Notes: generated by a model not told the origin, from the sequence alone. A DNA stretch of 64,000 nt from an uncultured bacterium (GCA_964634215.1 CAZWKR010000006.1:15607-79606), one strand, 5' to 3'; shown: positions 35,044 through 46,543, counted from the stretch's first letter. Numbers and translations are program-made.

Positions 35044-38000
35044 ATGAACAATATTTACAAAATTGCAAAAAATAGAATTTTAATTTTGGATGGTGCCATG
35101 GGTACAATGGTTCAGTCTTATGGATTAAATGAAACAGACTTTCGCGGCAAACGATTTCAAAACCATTCAATAGATTTAAATGGTAATAATGATATTTTGT
35201 CTTTAACGAAACCAAAAATTATTAAAGAAATTCATTCCAAATATCTATCTGCCGGTGCTGATATAATATCAACTAATACTTTTAACGCTACAAAAATATC
35301 TCAAGCGGAATATGGGGCAGAATCATATATCACAGAAATAAATTATGAATCGGCGAGACTTGCACGAGAAATTTCTGATAAGTTCACCAAAAACACACCG
35401 CAAAAACCCCGCTTTGTAGTCGGTGTTCTGGGACCGACAAATCAAACAGCCTCGATGTCAGCCGACGTGAGCGATCCGGGAGCTCGAAATATTTCTTATG
35501 ACGAACTGGTTGTGGCTTATTCCGAAGCGGCTAAAGCGTTAATAAAGGGTGGCGTCGATATATTAATGGTGGAAACTATTTTTGACACATTGAACGCTAA
35601 AGCTGCATTATTTGCAGTTCAATCGATATTTGACGAAATTGGTTACAGTGTACCTGTTATGGTTTCCGGTACCATTACCGATGCAAGTGGTAGAACTCTA
35701 TCCGGACAAACTTTAGATGCCTTTTATTATTCTATGAATCACATTCCATTATTTTCAGTTGGCTTAAATTGTGCGTTTGGTGCTGAACAACTCCGACCAC
35801 ATATAGCAGAATTATCGCATATAAGCGATAGTTTAGTGAGTTTTCATCCTAATGCTGGTTTACCAAATGAATTAGGTGAGTACGACGAATCGCCTAAGCA
35901 TATGGCTACATTAGTGAGCGATATTGCCAAAAGAGGATTGATTAATATTGTTGGTGGATGTTGTGGGTCGACCCCTGAACATATCGCGGCAATCGCTAAA
36001 GTAGTAGAAAATGTTAATCCACGCAATATAGAAAAAAAGAAAAATTTTACATTTTTGAGTGGTTTAGAATCTACTGTCATTAGAGATGATTCTTTATTTG
36101 TTAATGTTGGTGAAAGAACAAATGTTGCGGGTTCAGCAAAATTTCGACGCTTGATAAAGGAAGAAAATTTTAGTGAAGCATTAAGTGTTGCTCGAGATCA
36201 AATAGAGGGTGGCGCACAGATCATTGACATAAATATGGATGATGCAATGCTTGATTCAGTTTCTGTAATGGAAAAATTCCTGCGTCTGATTTCAGCAGAA
36301 CCGGATATTGCCCGGATTCCTATAATGCTTGACTCGTCTAATTGGACAGTTTTGGAAACCGGCTTAAAAAATATACAGGGTAAGGGAATTGTCAACAGTA
36401 TAAGCTTGAAGGAAGGTGAGGCGAAATTTATTGAGCAGGCTGAATTGATTCAAAATTATGGCGCCGCGGTAATCGTGATGGCGTTTGATGAAAAAGGTCA
36501 AGCTGACACCTATGAACGTAAAATGGAAATTATTGAGAGCAGCTACCATATACTTACTGAAAAAGTTGGTTTCTCACCGGAAAACATTATTTTTGATCCA
36601 AACATTTTTGCCGTAGCTACCGGCATCGAAGAACATAATAATTATGCCGTGGATTACCTTAACGCTTGTCGAACAATTAAAGAAAAATTCTCAGGGTGTT
36701 TGGTTAGTGGAGGTGTAAGCAATTTGTCGTTTTCATTTCGTGGAAACAACACAATTCGTGAAGCGATGCACTCGGCATTCCTTTATCACGCAATCCAAGC
36801 TGGAATGGACATGGGAATTGTAAATGCCGGACAATTAGTTGTGTATGATGATATCCCTGATGAACTTCGCAAAGCAGTAGAAGATGTTATTCTTAACCGC
36901 CGTAGCGATGCAACTGACCGTTTATTGACTATCGCTGATAAATATAAAAGTATTAAAAAAGTTGAGGTTGCGGAGCAAAAATGGCGGAGTGAATCGGTTG
37001 AAAAACGGGTTGATCATGCCTTGGTTGAGGGAATTTCCGATTTTATTATTGATGACATCGAAGAAATCCGACAAAGCGTTGATGATCCGGTGAAGATCAT
37101 CGAAGGTCCATTAATGGATGGAATGAACAAAGTTGGTGATTTGTTTGGTTCTGGAAAAATGTTTTTACCGCAAGTAGTAAAAAGTGCCCGGGTTATGAAA
37201 CAAGCCGTAGCGTATTTGGAACCTTTTATTGATGAATCACAAGCTAATTCTGCCGGTTTGAAAGCAAAGCCGAAAATCGTTTTGGCAACCGTAAAAGGTG
37301 ATGTACACGACATAGGCAAAAATATTGTATCGATAATTTTGCAATGTAATAATGTCGAAATTATTGATCTGGGCGTGATGGTTCCGACGGATAGAATCAT
37401 CGCAACTGCGCAAGAGGTTAACGCCGATATGATCGGATTAAGCGGACTTATCACGCCCTCGCTTGTGGAAATGGAACACGTAGCAGCAGAAATGCAGCGG
37501 CAAGGATTGGAAATTCCACTGTTGATTGGCGGGGCGACGACATCGCAATTGCACACAGCGGTGAAAATTGCGCCAAACTACGGCAACGCAGTGGTTTACG
37601 TACCGGACGCGTCACGCAGCGTATCAGTTGTATCGGACTTACTAAGTAAAACACGCCGAAAAGAATTTTTAAAATTGTTGAATGAAAAGCAGCAAGAAAT
37701 ACTGATAAGATATGCTGACCGAAAACGACCAACTGTATTATTATCACTTGCTAACGCAAGAAAAAATAAATTTGATTTTGATTGGGATAGATATACACCG
37801 CCCATTCCAAAATTTAGTGGTATCAAAGTTTTTGATGATTACTCGATAAATGAATTAATTGATTATATTGATTGGACACCTTTCTTTTCAACTTGGGAGT
37901 TGAAAGGTAAATATCCTGATATTTTGGATAGTTCAAAGTTCGGTGAGCAAGCTCAAAAATTATTTGATGATGCACAGGTTTTGTTAAAGAAAATATCTAA

Positions 38001-38715
38001 GGAAAAACTATTACAAGCTAAAGGCGTATTTGGAATATTTCCGGCAAATTCAATCAATGAAAATATTGAAATATATTCCGATAAAAATATAATTACTGAA
38101 TTGCATCACCTGCGTCAACAAGTTAAGAAAGCAGCTGATAAACCAAATTTTTGTTTATCAGATTTTATTGCACCAAAATCAAGTGGTAAGAATGATTGGA
38201 TTGGCGCATTCGCTGTTACCACCGGTATCGGCGTAAAAAAGTTAGTTAAAGAATATGAAAAACAAAATGATGATTATTCCGCTATTATGGTCAAAGCCCT
38301 TGCCGATAGATTAGCCGAAGCATTCGCCGAACGGTTACACCAAAGAGTCCGCCAAGAGTTTTGGGGCTATGCTGCGGATGAAAATTTACAAAATGATGAT
38401 TTGGTTAAAGAAAAATATCAAGGAATCCGACCTGCTCCGGGTTACACTGCTTGTCCTGACCATTCCGAAAAGCAGAAGATTTGGGATTTACTTGATGTTG
38501 AAAAATATACCGGAATTACCTTAACTGAAAGTTATGCGATGAATCCGGCAGCGTCAGTGAGCGGGTGGTATTTTGCCCATCCGGAATCAAAATATTTCAA
38601 TGTCGGCAAAATTACAAAAGAACAAGTTGTAGATTATGCTAAACGCAAGAATATGAACATTTATGATGTAGAAAGATGGTTAGTGCCAAATTTAGATTAT
38701 AATTTTGAAAAGTAA
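35044..38715 (+). CDS. metH: Cobalamin-dependent methionine synthase, full length (Hcy, pterin, B12-binding and AdoMet-activation modules)
   Basis: '[10 protein letters not shown]', '[11 protein letters not shown]', '[11 protein letters not shown]' B12 motif (DxHxxG), '[12 protein letters not shown]'. The ATG at 35044 gives a canonical N-terminus. The track ORF starts at TTG 35014. Confidence 0.93.
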   Translation: MNNIYKIAKNRILILDGAMGTMVQSYGLNETDFRGKRFQNHSIDLNGNNDILSLTKPKIIKEIHSKYLSAGADIISTNTFNATKISQAEYGAESYITEINYESARLAREISDKFTKNTPQKPRFVVGVLGPTNQTASMSADVSDPGARNISYDELVVAYSEAAKALIKGGVDILMVETIFDTLNAKAALFAVQSIFDEIGYSVPVMVSGTITDASGRTLSGQTLDAFYYSMNHIPLFSVGLNCAFGAEQLRPHIAELSHISDSLVSFHPNAGLPNELGEYDESPKHMATLVSDIAKRGLINIVGGCCGSTPEHIAAIAKVVENVNPRNIEKKKNFTFLSGLESTVIRDDSLFVNVGERTNVAGSAKFRRLIKEENFSEALSVARDQIEGGAQIIDINMDDAMLDSVSVMEKFLRLISAEPDIARIPIMLDSSNWTVLETGLKNIQGKGIVNSISLKEGEAKFIEQAELIQNYGAAVIVMAFDEKGQADTYERKMEIIESSYHILTEKVGFSPENIIFDPNIFAVATGIEEHNNYAVDYLNACRTIKEKFSGCLVSGGVSNLSFSFRGNNTIREAMHSAFLYHAIQAGMDMGIVNAGQLVVYDDIPDELRKAVEDVILNRRSDATDRLLTIADKYKSIKKVEVAEQKWRSESVEKRVDHALVEGISDFIIDDIEEIRQSVDDPVKIIEGPLMDGMNKVGDLFGSGKMFLPQVVKSARVMKQAVAYLEPFIDESQANSAGLKAKPKIVLATVKGDVHDIGKNIVSIILQCNNVEIIDLGVMVPTDRIIATAQEVNADMIGLSGLITPSLVEMEHVAAEMQRQGLEIPLLIGGATTSQLHTAVKIAPNYGNAVVYVPDASRSVSVVSDLLSKTRRKEFLKLLNEKQQEILIRYADRKRPTVLLSLANARKNKFDFDWDRYTPPIPKFSGIKVFDDYSINELIDYIDWTPFFSTWELKGKYPDILDSSKFGEQAQKLFDDAQVLLKKISKEKLLQAKGVFGIFPANSINENIEIYSDKNIITELHHLRQQVKKAADKPNFCLSDFIAPKSSGKNDWIGAFAVTTGIGVKKLVKEYEKQNDDYSAIMVKALADRLAEAFAERLHQRVRQEFWGYAADENLQNDDLVKEKYQGIRPAPGYTACPDHSEKQKIWDLLDVEKYTGITLTESYAMNPAASVSGWYFAHPESKYFNVGKITKEQVVDYAKRKNMNIYDVERWLVPNLDYNFEK

Positions 38716-38733
38716 ATTCATAAGTTCCGCCCC

Positions 38734-39516
38734 ATGAACAAGGAACTAAAATCTGCGATTGATGCCGCTAAAGAAGCCGGATCAATCATAATGAATTATT
38801 ATAAATCAAAGTATGAGATTCGTGATAAAAGTTATCACAATCCTGTAACAACGGCTGATCACGCAGCTGATACATATTTAAAAAATACACTCACAAAAGC
38901 TTATCCTGAGTACGGTTGGCTTTCAGAAGAGACTGTAGATACCAAGTCGAGACTGAATAAAACTCGAACATGGGTTGTTGATCCATTAGATGGAACAAAA
39001 GAATTTATTGAAGGTGTCGATCATTTTGTTGTGAGTGTTGCATTAGTTGAGAAAGGTGAGCCTGTAGTTGGAGTTTTGTATAATCCCGCAAGTAAAGAAC
39101 TGTTTACTGCCACAAAAGGTGAAGGTGCATTTCTAAATGGTAAGCGATTAAATTGTTCAACCGAAACAGATTTCAAGAAAATGATTATCTTGAATAGCCG
39201 TTCGGAAACACGAAATGGGCTATGGGAACCTTATGCATCGGATTTTCAAGAACAACGTCCGATTGGTAGTGTGGCCTATAAATTAGGGCTAACATCGGCC
39301 GCCAAAGCTGATATTTTTGCTTCATTGCGACCAAAGAATGAATGGGATATTTGTGCGGGGCATTGTATTCTTCGCGAAGCAGGGGGAGAAATGGTAAACT
39401 TAGAAGGAAATCCAATTACCTATAATAATGAAAAGACTTTAATAACTCCAGGTCTGATCGCTTCAAATGCTAATATTCTTACCGATTCAATAAATTTATT
39501 TATACAAAAGAAATAA
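38734..39516 (+). CDS. Inositol monophosphatase / CysQ-family phosphatase
   Basis: 'WLSEET', 'WVVDPLDGTKEF', 'WDICAGHCILREAGG'. Confidence 0.8.
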   Translation: MNKELKSAIDAAKEAGSIIMNYYKSKYEIRDKSYHNPVTTADHAADTYLKNTLTKAYPEYGWLSEETVDTKSRLNKTRTWVVDPLDGTKEFIEGVDHFVVSVALVEKGEPVVGVLYNPASKELFTATKGEGAFLNGKRLNCSTETDFKKMIILNSRSETRNGLWEPYASDFQEQRPIGSVAYKLGLTSAAKADIFASLRPKNEWDICAGHCILREAGGEMVNLEGNPITYNNEKTLITPGLIASNANILTDSINLFIQKK

Positions 39517-39518
39517 TT

Positions 39519-40493
39519 ATGAATGATGTTCAATATCCCAATGGTGCAATAAAATGTTTGGATAAAGGATTTATCCGTTTGGTTGACTCGATGGGCAGTG
39601 ATGATGCCATTGTCCAAGCAGCACGAGTCAGTTATGGGAAAGGTACTACAAAAGTCAGTCGTGATAAAGGACTTATACGATATTTATTAAGGCATCGTCA
39701 TTCCACCCCGTTTGAAATGGTGGAGTTAAAATTTCACGCCAAAATGCCGATATTCGTTGCAAGGCAGTGGGTGCGGCATCGTACAGCGAATATAAACGAA
39801 TACAGTTTACGTTATTCGGAAGCGCAGCACGATTTTTATATCCCCGAGAAAAAGGATATTCATTTTCAAAGTCAGTTCAACAAACAGGGGCGCGATGAAC
39901 GTGAAGTTCCGCCGGAATTGAAAGACAAGGTTATCGATTATTTTAATGAAATATCTGAAAAAACATTTAATATTTATGACGAACTAAACGAAGCCGGTAT
40001 CGCCCGGGAATTGGCTCGTGGAATTTTACCCGTCAATTTATATACAGAATGGTATTGGAAAAACGATCTGCATAACATTTTCCACTTTTTACGATTACGG
40101 ATGGATGAGCATGCCCAGTATGAAATTCGTGTATTTGCGGAAGCAATGGCATCGTTTGTGAAAAAGGTTGTTCCAATAGCTTATGAAGCATTTGAGGATT
40201 ACTCAATCAATGGAATGTATTTCTCCAAATTAGAAAGAGATTTACTAAGAACGCGACTTCCAAATCGTATTCTTGATGATTTGAAAGACGAAGTTATTTA
40301 TCGCATTGTTGCAAGTCTAAATGAAAATAAGAATCGAAATGAAGCTGAATTATATACCCTCTATCAGGAAAACGGTGGGATTGATTGTAACGATGATTTT
40401 AATATCAAATGGAAAACTGGAAATATTGAAACAGACAATATTTTTGAAATGCGAGAGTTTTTGTTAAAACTTGATAAATTAAAACCCATTTAA
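39519..40493 (+). CDS. thyX: FAD-dependent thymidylate synthase with extended C-terminus
   Basis: 'RHRHSTPFEM', 'ARQWVRHRTANINEYSLRYS' (ThyX motif). Confidence 0.9.
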   Translation: MNDVQYPNGAIKCLDKGFIRLVDSMGSDDAIVQAARVSYGKGTTKVSRDKGLIRYLLRHRHSTPFEMVELKFHAKMPIFVARQWVRHRTANINEYSLRYSEAQHDFYIPEKKDIHFQSQFNKQGRDEREVPPELKDKVIDYFNEISEKTFNIYDELNEAGIARELARGILPVNLYTEWYWKNDLHNIFHFLRLRMDEHAQYEIRVFAEAMASFVKKVVPIAYEAFEDYSINGMYFSKLERDLLRTRLPNRILDDLKDEVIYRIVASLNENKNRNEAELYTLYQENGGIDCNDDFNIKWKTGNIETDNIFEMREFLLKLDKLKPI

Positions 40494-40505
40494 TTTTTTT
40501 TATAA

Positions 40506-41189
40506 TTGACAAACAACATTAAATCTATGGCAGGACACAGAAAACGGTTGCGAGAGCGTTTTCTTAGCAACGGTCTGCAAGGTTTCCATGATTATGAAGT
40601 TGTCGAACTATTACTCACACTCGGTACACCCCGCAGTGATTGCAAGCAATCGGCTAAGGATGCTCTAAAAAAATTCGGATCATTAAATGCAGTATTGGAA
40701 GCCGATCCAAAAGAATTACAGGAAATTAATGGCATTGGTCCTAGTAGTGTATTCGGATTAAAATTAACGCAAACAGTCGCACGACGCTATTTGGCAGATA
40801 GAATAATTGGACATGATATCATTACATCATCGGATGAGGTCTTAGATTATTTAAAACATAATTTGCGCGACAAAAAGCAAGAAGTATTCTCTGTAATATA
40901 TCTAAACGGACGCAATGAAATTATCGACATGGAAGAGTTATTTCAGGGTTCATTAACCACCTCCGTGGTTTATCCACGTGAAGTCGTTAAAAAAGTACTC
41001 ACACAAAATGCTGCAGCATTGATATTTGTGCATAATCATCCAAGTGGAAATCTTAATCCAAGTGAGGAAGATATTAAGATTACCAAAAAGTTAAAAGAGG
41101 CAGTCGCTACTATTGATGTTAAGGTTCATGACCATTTAATTATAGCTGGGAATAATTACTACTCATTTGCCGATAATAATAATATTTAA
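40506..41189 (+). CDS. radC: RadC-family JAB/MPN domain protein
   Basis: 'HRKRLRERF', HhH 'LQEINGIGPSS', JAMM motif 'HNHPSGNLNPSEED'. The ATG at 40527 is an alternative start. Confidence 0.85.
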   Translation: MTNNIKSMAGHRKRLRERFLSNGLQGFHDYEVVELLLTLGTPRSDCKQSAKDALKKFGSLNAVLEADPKELQEINGIGPSSVFGLKLTQTVARRYLADRIIGHDIITSSDEVLDYLKHNLRDKKQEVFSVIYLNGRNEIIDMEELFQGSLTTSVVYPREVVKKVLTQNAAALIFVHNHPSGNLNPSEEDIKITKKLKEAVATIDVKVHDHLIIAGNNYYSFADNNNI

Positions 41190-41277
41190 ATTATTTCATT
41201 TCTCGTTCGGTTCAGCTTGCTCCGGTGTCAAGTAAGTTGATAAATTTTGCATCTTTAAAACCAATATATAGGTAAGA

Positions 41278-42483
41278 ATGACACATTCATTTATATCAGG
41301 TGCAAAAGGCGAAAAACCGCGTTCCGATCTCCGCGTAAAATATACACCATCAAATAAACCACTTTCGATTTCTGTTAAAAGCACTGTTGAAACATTTTTT
41401 GGCAAAGCAATTAAACAGCAAACTGTGAATATTTGTGAAGATTTACAAATTCATTTTGGTGCAATTGAGATCGAAGATTTTGGAGCTTTGCCATTTGTGA
41501 TTGCCGCCCGCTTAGAAGCGGCGATAAAACATGCACATCCGGATTTGCAGTTTGAATCTCTACCGCCGATGAAGGATTTTTGTATGTACCCGTCAAGCCG
41601 CGACCGTTTCCGCCGCAGTCGATTGTATTTACCGGGGAACCAATCCAAATTAATGCTAAATGCGGGTATTCATAAACCTGATGGTATAATACTTGATTTA
41701 GAAGATTCCGTTTCTTCATCGGAAAAAGAAGATACTAGATACATTGTACGTAACGCTCTTCGAACTTTGGACTTTTTTGGCGCTGAACGAATGGTACGAA
41801 TCAATCAAGGTGAATTAGGACTAAAGGATTTAGAATTTATTGTACCGCATAATGTGCATTTGATATTAATTCCTAAAGTTGAAAGTGCTGAAGAAATCAA
41901 AATAATTGATGAACGAATTTTAGAAATATCAAAAATATATGGTAGAAAAGAAACGGTATTTCTAATGCCGATCATTGAAAGTGGACGCGGTGTACTTAAA
42001 GCATTGGAAATTGCTGAATCGTCAAAAAACATTGTCGCGCTAGCGATTGGTTTGGAGGATTATACTGCCGATCTTGGAGTACCGCGGACGGAAAAAGGAA
42101 ATGAATCGTTTTTTGCGCGTAGCATGTTAGTAAATACGGCACGTGCAGCAGGTATTCAAGCAATAGACACAGTATATAGTGATGTAGGTAATGAAATCGG
42201 GTTACGTGATTCGGTTAGAGAAGCTAAGTCAATTGGATTCGATGGGAAAGGATGTATTCACCCTCGTCAAATAAAGCCAATTCACGAAGAGTTTGCTCCA
42301 TCAACAGATCAAATTGAAAAAGCAAAAAAAATTACTTTAGCATTTGATGAAGCTGAGAAAAAGGGACTTGGAGTTGTATCGCTTGGTAGTAAAATGATTG
42401 ATCCGCCCGTTGTAAAACGAGCATTGCATACTATTGATCTAGCAATTGCCTCGAATTTATTAAGTCCTGATTGGAAAAATTAA
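41278..42483 (+). CDS. citE: Fusion of citrate-lyase acyl-carrier (CitD, gamma) and citryl-ACP lyase (CitE, beta; HpcH/HpaI fold)
   Basis: Residues ~1-95 align by eye with CitD ('RSDLRV' at the prosthetic-group Ser position; 'DFGALPFVIAARLEAAI' versus CitD 'DKGALDCILRARLEAL'). The remainder carries CitE motifs 'RSRLYLPGN', 'DLEDSV', 'PKVES', 'IESG.G', 'GLEDYTADLG'. Confidence 0.8.
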   Translation: MTHSFISGAKGEKPRSDLRVKYTPSNKPLSISVKSTVETFFGKAIKQQTVNICEDLQIHFGAIEIEDFGALPFVIAARLEAAIKHAHPDLQFESLPPMKDFCMYPSSRDRFRRSRLYLPGNQSKLMLNAGIHKPDGIILDLEDSVSSSEKEDTRYIVRNALRTLDFFGAERMVRINQGELGLKDLEFIVPHNVHLILIPKVESAEEIKIIDERILEISKIYGRKETVFLMPIIESGRGVLKALEIAESSKNIVALAIGLEDYTADLGVPRTEKGNESFFARSMLVNTARAAGIQAIDTVYSDVGNEIGLRDSVREAKSIGFDGKGCIHPRQIKPIHEEFAPSTDQIEKAKKITLAFDEAEKKGLGVVSLGSKMIDPPVVKRALHTIDLAIASNLLSPDWKN

Positions 42484-42484
42484 T

Positions 42485-44047
42485 ATGACAAAAGTAAAAA
42501 TGATAAAAAATTTTGTTGATCGCATGATTCCAACTGTTGTCAACGGAGTAAAGCAAACGCCATTTCAGGGCGTTGGGAAATATACACCAAAAGGAAATAA
42601 GGCTGCTTTGCCAATTCGATCATGTTCGGGTTTCCCAACCGATGGAAATAAAACGGTAAAATCATTAAAGGATGCTTTGCAAAAATGTGGTTTGAAAGAT
42701 GGAATGACAATTTCGTCACATCATCACTTCCGTAACGGCGATTTGATAATGAATCAAGTTTTTGATATTGCCGCAAAACAAAAAATTAAAGGTTTGCGTT
42801 GGTTTCCATCAGCGGCGTTTCCTTGTCATAAACCGGTAATTGATCACATGAAAAATGGCGTTGTTGATTGGGTTGAGGGTTCGCTTAACGGTCCAATTGG
42901 TGATTATGCATCGCACGGAAATATGAAAGGTACAGCAGTACTACGAAGCCATGGTGGTCGCTGGCAAGCAGTTCAGGACGGAGAAGTGCATATAGATATT
43001 GCCGTAATTGCAGCGCCAACTGCTGATGCATTTGGCAACGCCACCGGCGATAGAGGCCCATCGGCTTGTGGATTGCTAGGATTTGGTTTAGTTGATTCAA
43101 TATATGCTGATAAAGTTATTGTCGTAACTGATAACCTTGTACAGTTTCCCTGTGTCCCTTGGCAAATCCAAGGTCAAAATATTGATTTTGTTGTAGTACT
43201 TGATAAAGTTGGTGAACCGGAAAAGATTGTGAGTGGCACAACTAAACTCACAAAATCACCGGATCGTTTATATATCGCTGAGTTAACCGCGAAATTTGTA
43301 CAAGCAGCAGGTATTATTAAAGACGGATTCAGTTTCCAGGCAGGAGCCGGCGGAACTGCCCTGGCATTTGCTATATTCCTAAAAGAAATGATGAAAGAAG
43401 CCGGCGTGAAAGCACGTTTCATCCGTGGTGGCTCAACAAAATATTTGGTGGAAATGTTGGAAGAAGGATTGACCGATTTTATATTGGACGGGCAAACCTT
43501 TGACTTAGAAGGCGTACGTTCAATGCGAGAAAATGCAGGTCACGTAAATACATCACCATTCACAAGTTATAATTGGCATGGAAAGGGAAATTTTGCTTCA
43601 ATGTTGGATGCTGTAGTACTAGGGGCAACTGAAGTTGATGTTAATTTCAATGCCAATGTTGTAACTCATTCCGATGGAAAAATGCTACACGGAATTGGAG
43701 GATGGCAAAATTGTTTGTTTAGTAAATGTACAATTTTGCCGATACCGGCATTTCGTAATCGTATTCCCGTAATTGTTGATGAAGTAACAACATTGGTTGG
43801 TCCCGGTGAATTAGTTGATGTTATAGTAACTGAACGTGGAATCGCAATCAATCCATTACGCAAAGATTTGATCAAAGCAACAAAAGATAGTGGCTTGCCA
43901 ATCAGAAAGATTGAAGAAATAAAGGCTGAAATTGATGATCTAATTGGTGGTGCGCCTGCAAAACCAAAACTAACAGATGACGTGATCGGAATAGTAAAAT
44001 GGGTTGATGGAACAGTTATTGATTCGATCTATAAAATTGAAGAATAA
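42485..44047 (+). CDS. citF: Citrate lyase alpha subunit (citrate CoA/ACP-transferase)
   Basis: 520 aa, starts 1 nt after citDE. 'ISSHHHFRNGD', 'GSLNGPIG', 'FQAGAGGTALA' typical of CitF. Confidence 0.82.
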   Translation: MTKVKMIKNFVDRMIPTVVNGVKQTPFQGVGKYTPKGNKAALPIRSCSGFPTDGNKTVKSLKDALQKCGLKDGMTISSHHHFRNGDLIMNQVFDIAAKQKIKGLRWFPSAAFPCHKPVIDHMKNGVVDWVEGSLNGPIGDYASHGNMKGTAVLRSHGGRWQAVQDGEVHIDIAVIAAPTADAFGNATGDRGPSACGLLGFGLVDSIYADKVIVVTDNLVQFPCVPWQIQGQNIDFVVVLDKVGEPEKIVSGTTKLTKSPDRLYIAELTAKFVQAAGIIKDGFSFQAGAGGTALAFAIFLKEMMKEAGVKARFIRGGSTKYLVEMLEEGLTDFILDGQTFDLEGVRSMRENAGHVNTSPFTSYNWHGKGNFASMLDAVVLGATEVDVNFNANVVTHSDGKMLHGIGGWQNCLFSKCTILPIPAFRNRIPVIVDEVTTLVGPGELVDVIVTERGIAINPLRKDLIKATKDSGLPIRKIEEIKAEIDDLIGGAPAKPKLTDDVIGIVKWVDGTVIDSIYKIEE

Positions 44048-44068
44048 TCAAAAATTATTGGAGGTATC

Positions 44069-44599
44069 TTGAATAAAGAAATTTTACAACTTTGGCCTGA
44101 AATTGGTTGGATTAACAATAAAGAATTAGCAGAAAAAACTGCTAATGCATGGGAGTATGCCATTGAAAAAAGTGTGTTATCTGCCGAAGATTTGGAGAAA
44201 ATACCATTTTCCTTACTTATTAAAGATTGTGATATAACATTTATGAATCACAAGCGCACTTGTGTTCAGCTATCTGTTGATATTGCTAAGCGCATGAAAG
44301 ATAATTTTGGTGATGAAATTGAAATTGATATGGATATTCTTATAGCCGGTGCAATCTTGATCGATATAGGAAAATTAATAGAATACGAAATTGTTGATGG
44401 AAAATTAGGAACAAGTAATTTTGGAACGATTGTTCGCCATCCATTTAGCGGTGTTGCTATAGCCGATAGATTTGATCTACCAGCGGAAGTTCAGCACATT
44501 ATTGGAACGCACTCTAAAGAGGGTGATCTAGGGAAACGAACAGTTGAGTCAATAATTGTTCACCACGCTGACTTTGTTTCTTTTGAACCATTTAAATAG
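44069..44599 (+). CDS. HD-domain phosphohydrolase-like protein
   Basis: TTG start after 'ggagg'. 'HKRTCVQLSVDIAK', 'ILIDIGK', 'HHADF' fit HD-superfamily His/Asp positions. Confidence 0.55.
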   Translation: MNKEILQLWPEIGWINNKELAEKTANAWEYAIEKSVLSAEDLEKIPFSLLIKDCDITFMNHKRTCVQLSVDIAKRMKDNFGDEIEIDMDILIAGAILIDIGKLIEYEIVDGKLGTSNFGTIVRHPFSGVAIADRFDLPAEVQHIIGTHSKEGDLGKRTVESIIVHHADFVSFEPFK

Positions 44600-44608
44600 A
44601 ATAAACAT

Positions 44609-46543
44609 ATGGCACAAAATTTAGTAGAAAAAATTGTACAGAAATATGCTATTGGTCTTAATAGCGAACAAAAAGTTCAAAGTGGAGATTATGTTACAAT
44701 ACAACCGGAACATATTTTAACGCACGATAACACTGGCGCTGTAATAGGTAAGTTCAAATCTATAGGTGCCACGAAAATGGCCAATCCACGGCAACCAATG
44801 TTTGCGCTAGATCACAATGTGCAGGATGAATCTGAAGCAAATTTAAAAAAGTACAAAGGTATTCAAGAATTTGCTACCGAGATGAATGTAGATTTTTATC
44901 CTGCAGGAAATGGAATTGGTCATCAAATAATGTTAGAACAAGGATATGCCTTTCCCGGAGAATTGGCGGTTGCATCTGATAGTCATTCTAATATGTACGG
45001 CGGAATAGGATGCCTTGGAACTCCTGTTGTACGAACCGATGCAGCCGGAATTTGGGCAACCGGTAAGACTTGGTGGCAGATTCCACCCGTTGCAAAAATT
45101 AAATTATACGGTAAATTATTAGATGGTGTCACCGGTAAAGATGTAATAATTACTTTAGCAGGTCATTTTAATAATGATGAAGTATTAAACCACGCCTTGG
45201 AGTTTAGCGGAGATGGAGTTTTATCTTTATCTATTGACGATCGACTTACAATCGCAAATATGACAACAGAATGGGGCGCTTTAGTTGGACTATTTCCAAT
45301 CAATGAAAAAGTAATTAGTTGGTTAAATAATCGATTGAACTATGTTAAAAATAATTTGCGGATTAGCGAAAAACGAATTCAGGCGTTGCAATCGGAGAAT
45401 CTTACAGCAGATAATGGTGCATATTATTCAAAAATTATATCAATTGATTTGAGCACAATTCGTCCTCACACAGCCGGACCTGACAATGTAAAAACAAAAA
45501 CTAATATTTCCGATATGGAAAAACAGAACATTAAAATTCATAAGGCATATTTGGTTTCTTGCGTAAATAGTCGTGTAGAAGATTTGGCTGCAGCGGCAAA
45601 AGTTTTGAAAGGCAAAAAGATTGCTGATGGCGTTGAGTTTTACATCGCTGCTGCGTCAAAGGAAGTGCAGACTGAAAGTGAAAAAAGAGGTGATTGGCAA
45701 ACACTTATTTCCGCCGGAGCGATTGAATTAGCAACGGGTTGTGGTCCCTGTATCGGGTTAGGTGTTGGACTGTTAGAGGATGGAGAAGTTGGAATCTCTG
45801 CAACAAATCGCAATTTTAAAGGACGAATGGGAAGTCCAAATGCGAAAGCATATTTAGCGTCGCCGGCGATAGTAGCGGCATCGGCTGTGGCAGGGAAAAT
45901 ATGTAGTCCTAAGGAATTTGATTCAGTTGAATTAAAAAGTACAATAAAAATTATGGCAAAAAAGGAAGCCGCTAAAACCGCAGTAAAACTATTAGATGGC
46001 TTTCCCAAAAATATCGTTGGAGAAATTATTTATTGTTATCAAGATAATATTAACACGGACGGAATTTTCCCCGGTAAATACACGTACATTGACGATTTTA
46101 CGCCATCGCAGCAAGCGGAAGTAGTGATGGAAAATTATGATACCAATTTTGGTAAGATTGTGAAAGATGGTGAGGTATTAGTTGGTGGATTCAATTTTGG
46201 CACAGGTAGTTCTCGTGAGCAGGCGGCAACTGCGCTTAAGTATAGTGGAATCCAATTAGTTATTGCAGGATCATTCAGCCAAACATATAAGCGCAACGCA
46301 ATTAACAACGGATTTGTTGTGATAGAATCACCGGAATTGATTATCGATCTACAGAAAAAATATAAATCAGAAATTGAATTAGACAAATTAACGATACAAA
46401 CAAAAATTGGGATAGAGATCAATTTTGAACAATCAATTATTAAGATGGATAATAACGAGTACAACATTGATCCAGTTGGAGCGGCTGCTCAAGAATTAGT
46501 TATAGAAGAAGGTTTAGAGAATTGGGTAAAAAATAGATTATAA
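44609..46543 (+). CDS. Aconitase-family hydro-lyase with fused large and swivel (small) domains; homoaconitase-like rather than AcnA/AcnB-like
   Basis: 'HILTHDNTG', 'GIGHQIMLEQGYAFPGELAVASDSHSNMYGG', Fe-S Cys contexts 'SCVNSR' and 'GCGPCIGLG', 'NRNFKGRMG'. C-terminal LeuD-like 'GGFNFGTGSSREQAA'. At 644 aa it is too short for AcnA/AcnB. Confidence 0.8.
   Translation: MAQNLVEKIVQKYAIGLNSEQKVQSGDYVTIQPEHILTHDNTGAVIGKFKSIGATKMANPRQPMFALDHNVQDESEANLKKYKGIQEFATEMNVDFYPAGNGIGHQIMLEQGYAFPGELAVASDSHSNMYGGIGCLGTPVVRTDAAGIWATGKTWWQIPPVAKIKLYGKLLDGVTGKDVIITLAGHFNNDEVLNHALEFSGDGVLSLSIDDRLTIANMTTEWGALVGLFPINEKVISWLNNRLNYVKNNLRISEKRIQALQSENLTADNGAYYSKIISIDLSTIRPHTAGPDNVKTKTNISDMEKQNIKIHKAYLVSCVNSRVEDLAAAAKVLKGKKIADGVEFYIAAASKEVQTESEKRGDWQTLISAGAIELATGCGPCIGLGVGLLEDGEVGISATNRNFKGRMGSPNAKAYLASPAIVAASAVAGKICSPKEFDSVELKSTIKIMAKKEAAKTAVKLLDGFPKNIVGEIIYCYQDNINTDGIFPGKYTYIDDFTPSQQAEVVMENYDTNFGKIVKDGEVLVGGFNFGTGSSREQAATALKYSGIQLVIAGSFSQTYKRNAINNGFVVIESPELIIDLQKKYKSEIELDKLTIQTKIGIEINFEQSIIKMDNNEYNIDPVGAAAQELVIEEGLENWVKNRL

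Noticed and set aside
37014-37556. 180-aa minus-strand ORF (and similar antisense ORFs at 145-438, 5707-6141, 11474-11794, 45640-46008, 46135-46467, 49325-49876, 54151-54414 and elsewhere)
   Set aside because: All lie fully inside long ORFs on the opposite strand that have strong family motifs. Their translations are Ser/Ile/Pro-rich low-complexity strings typical of antisense frames.
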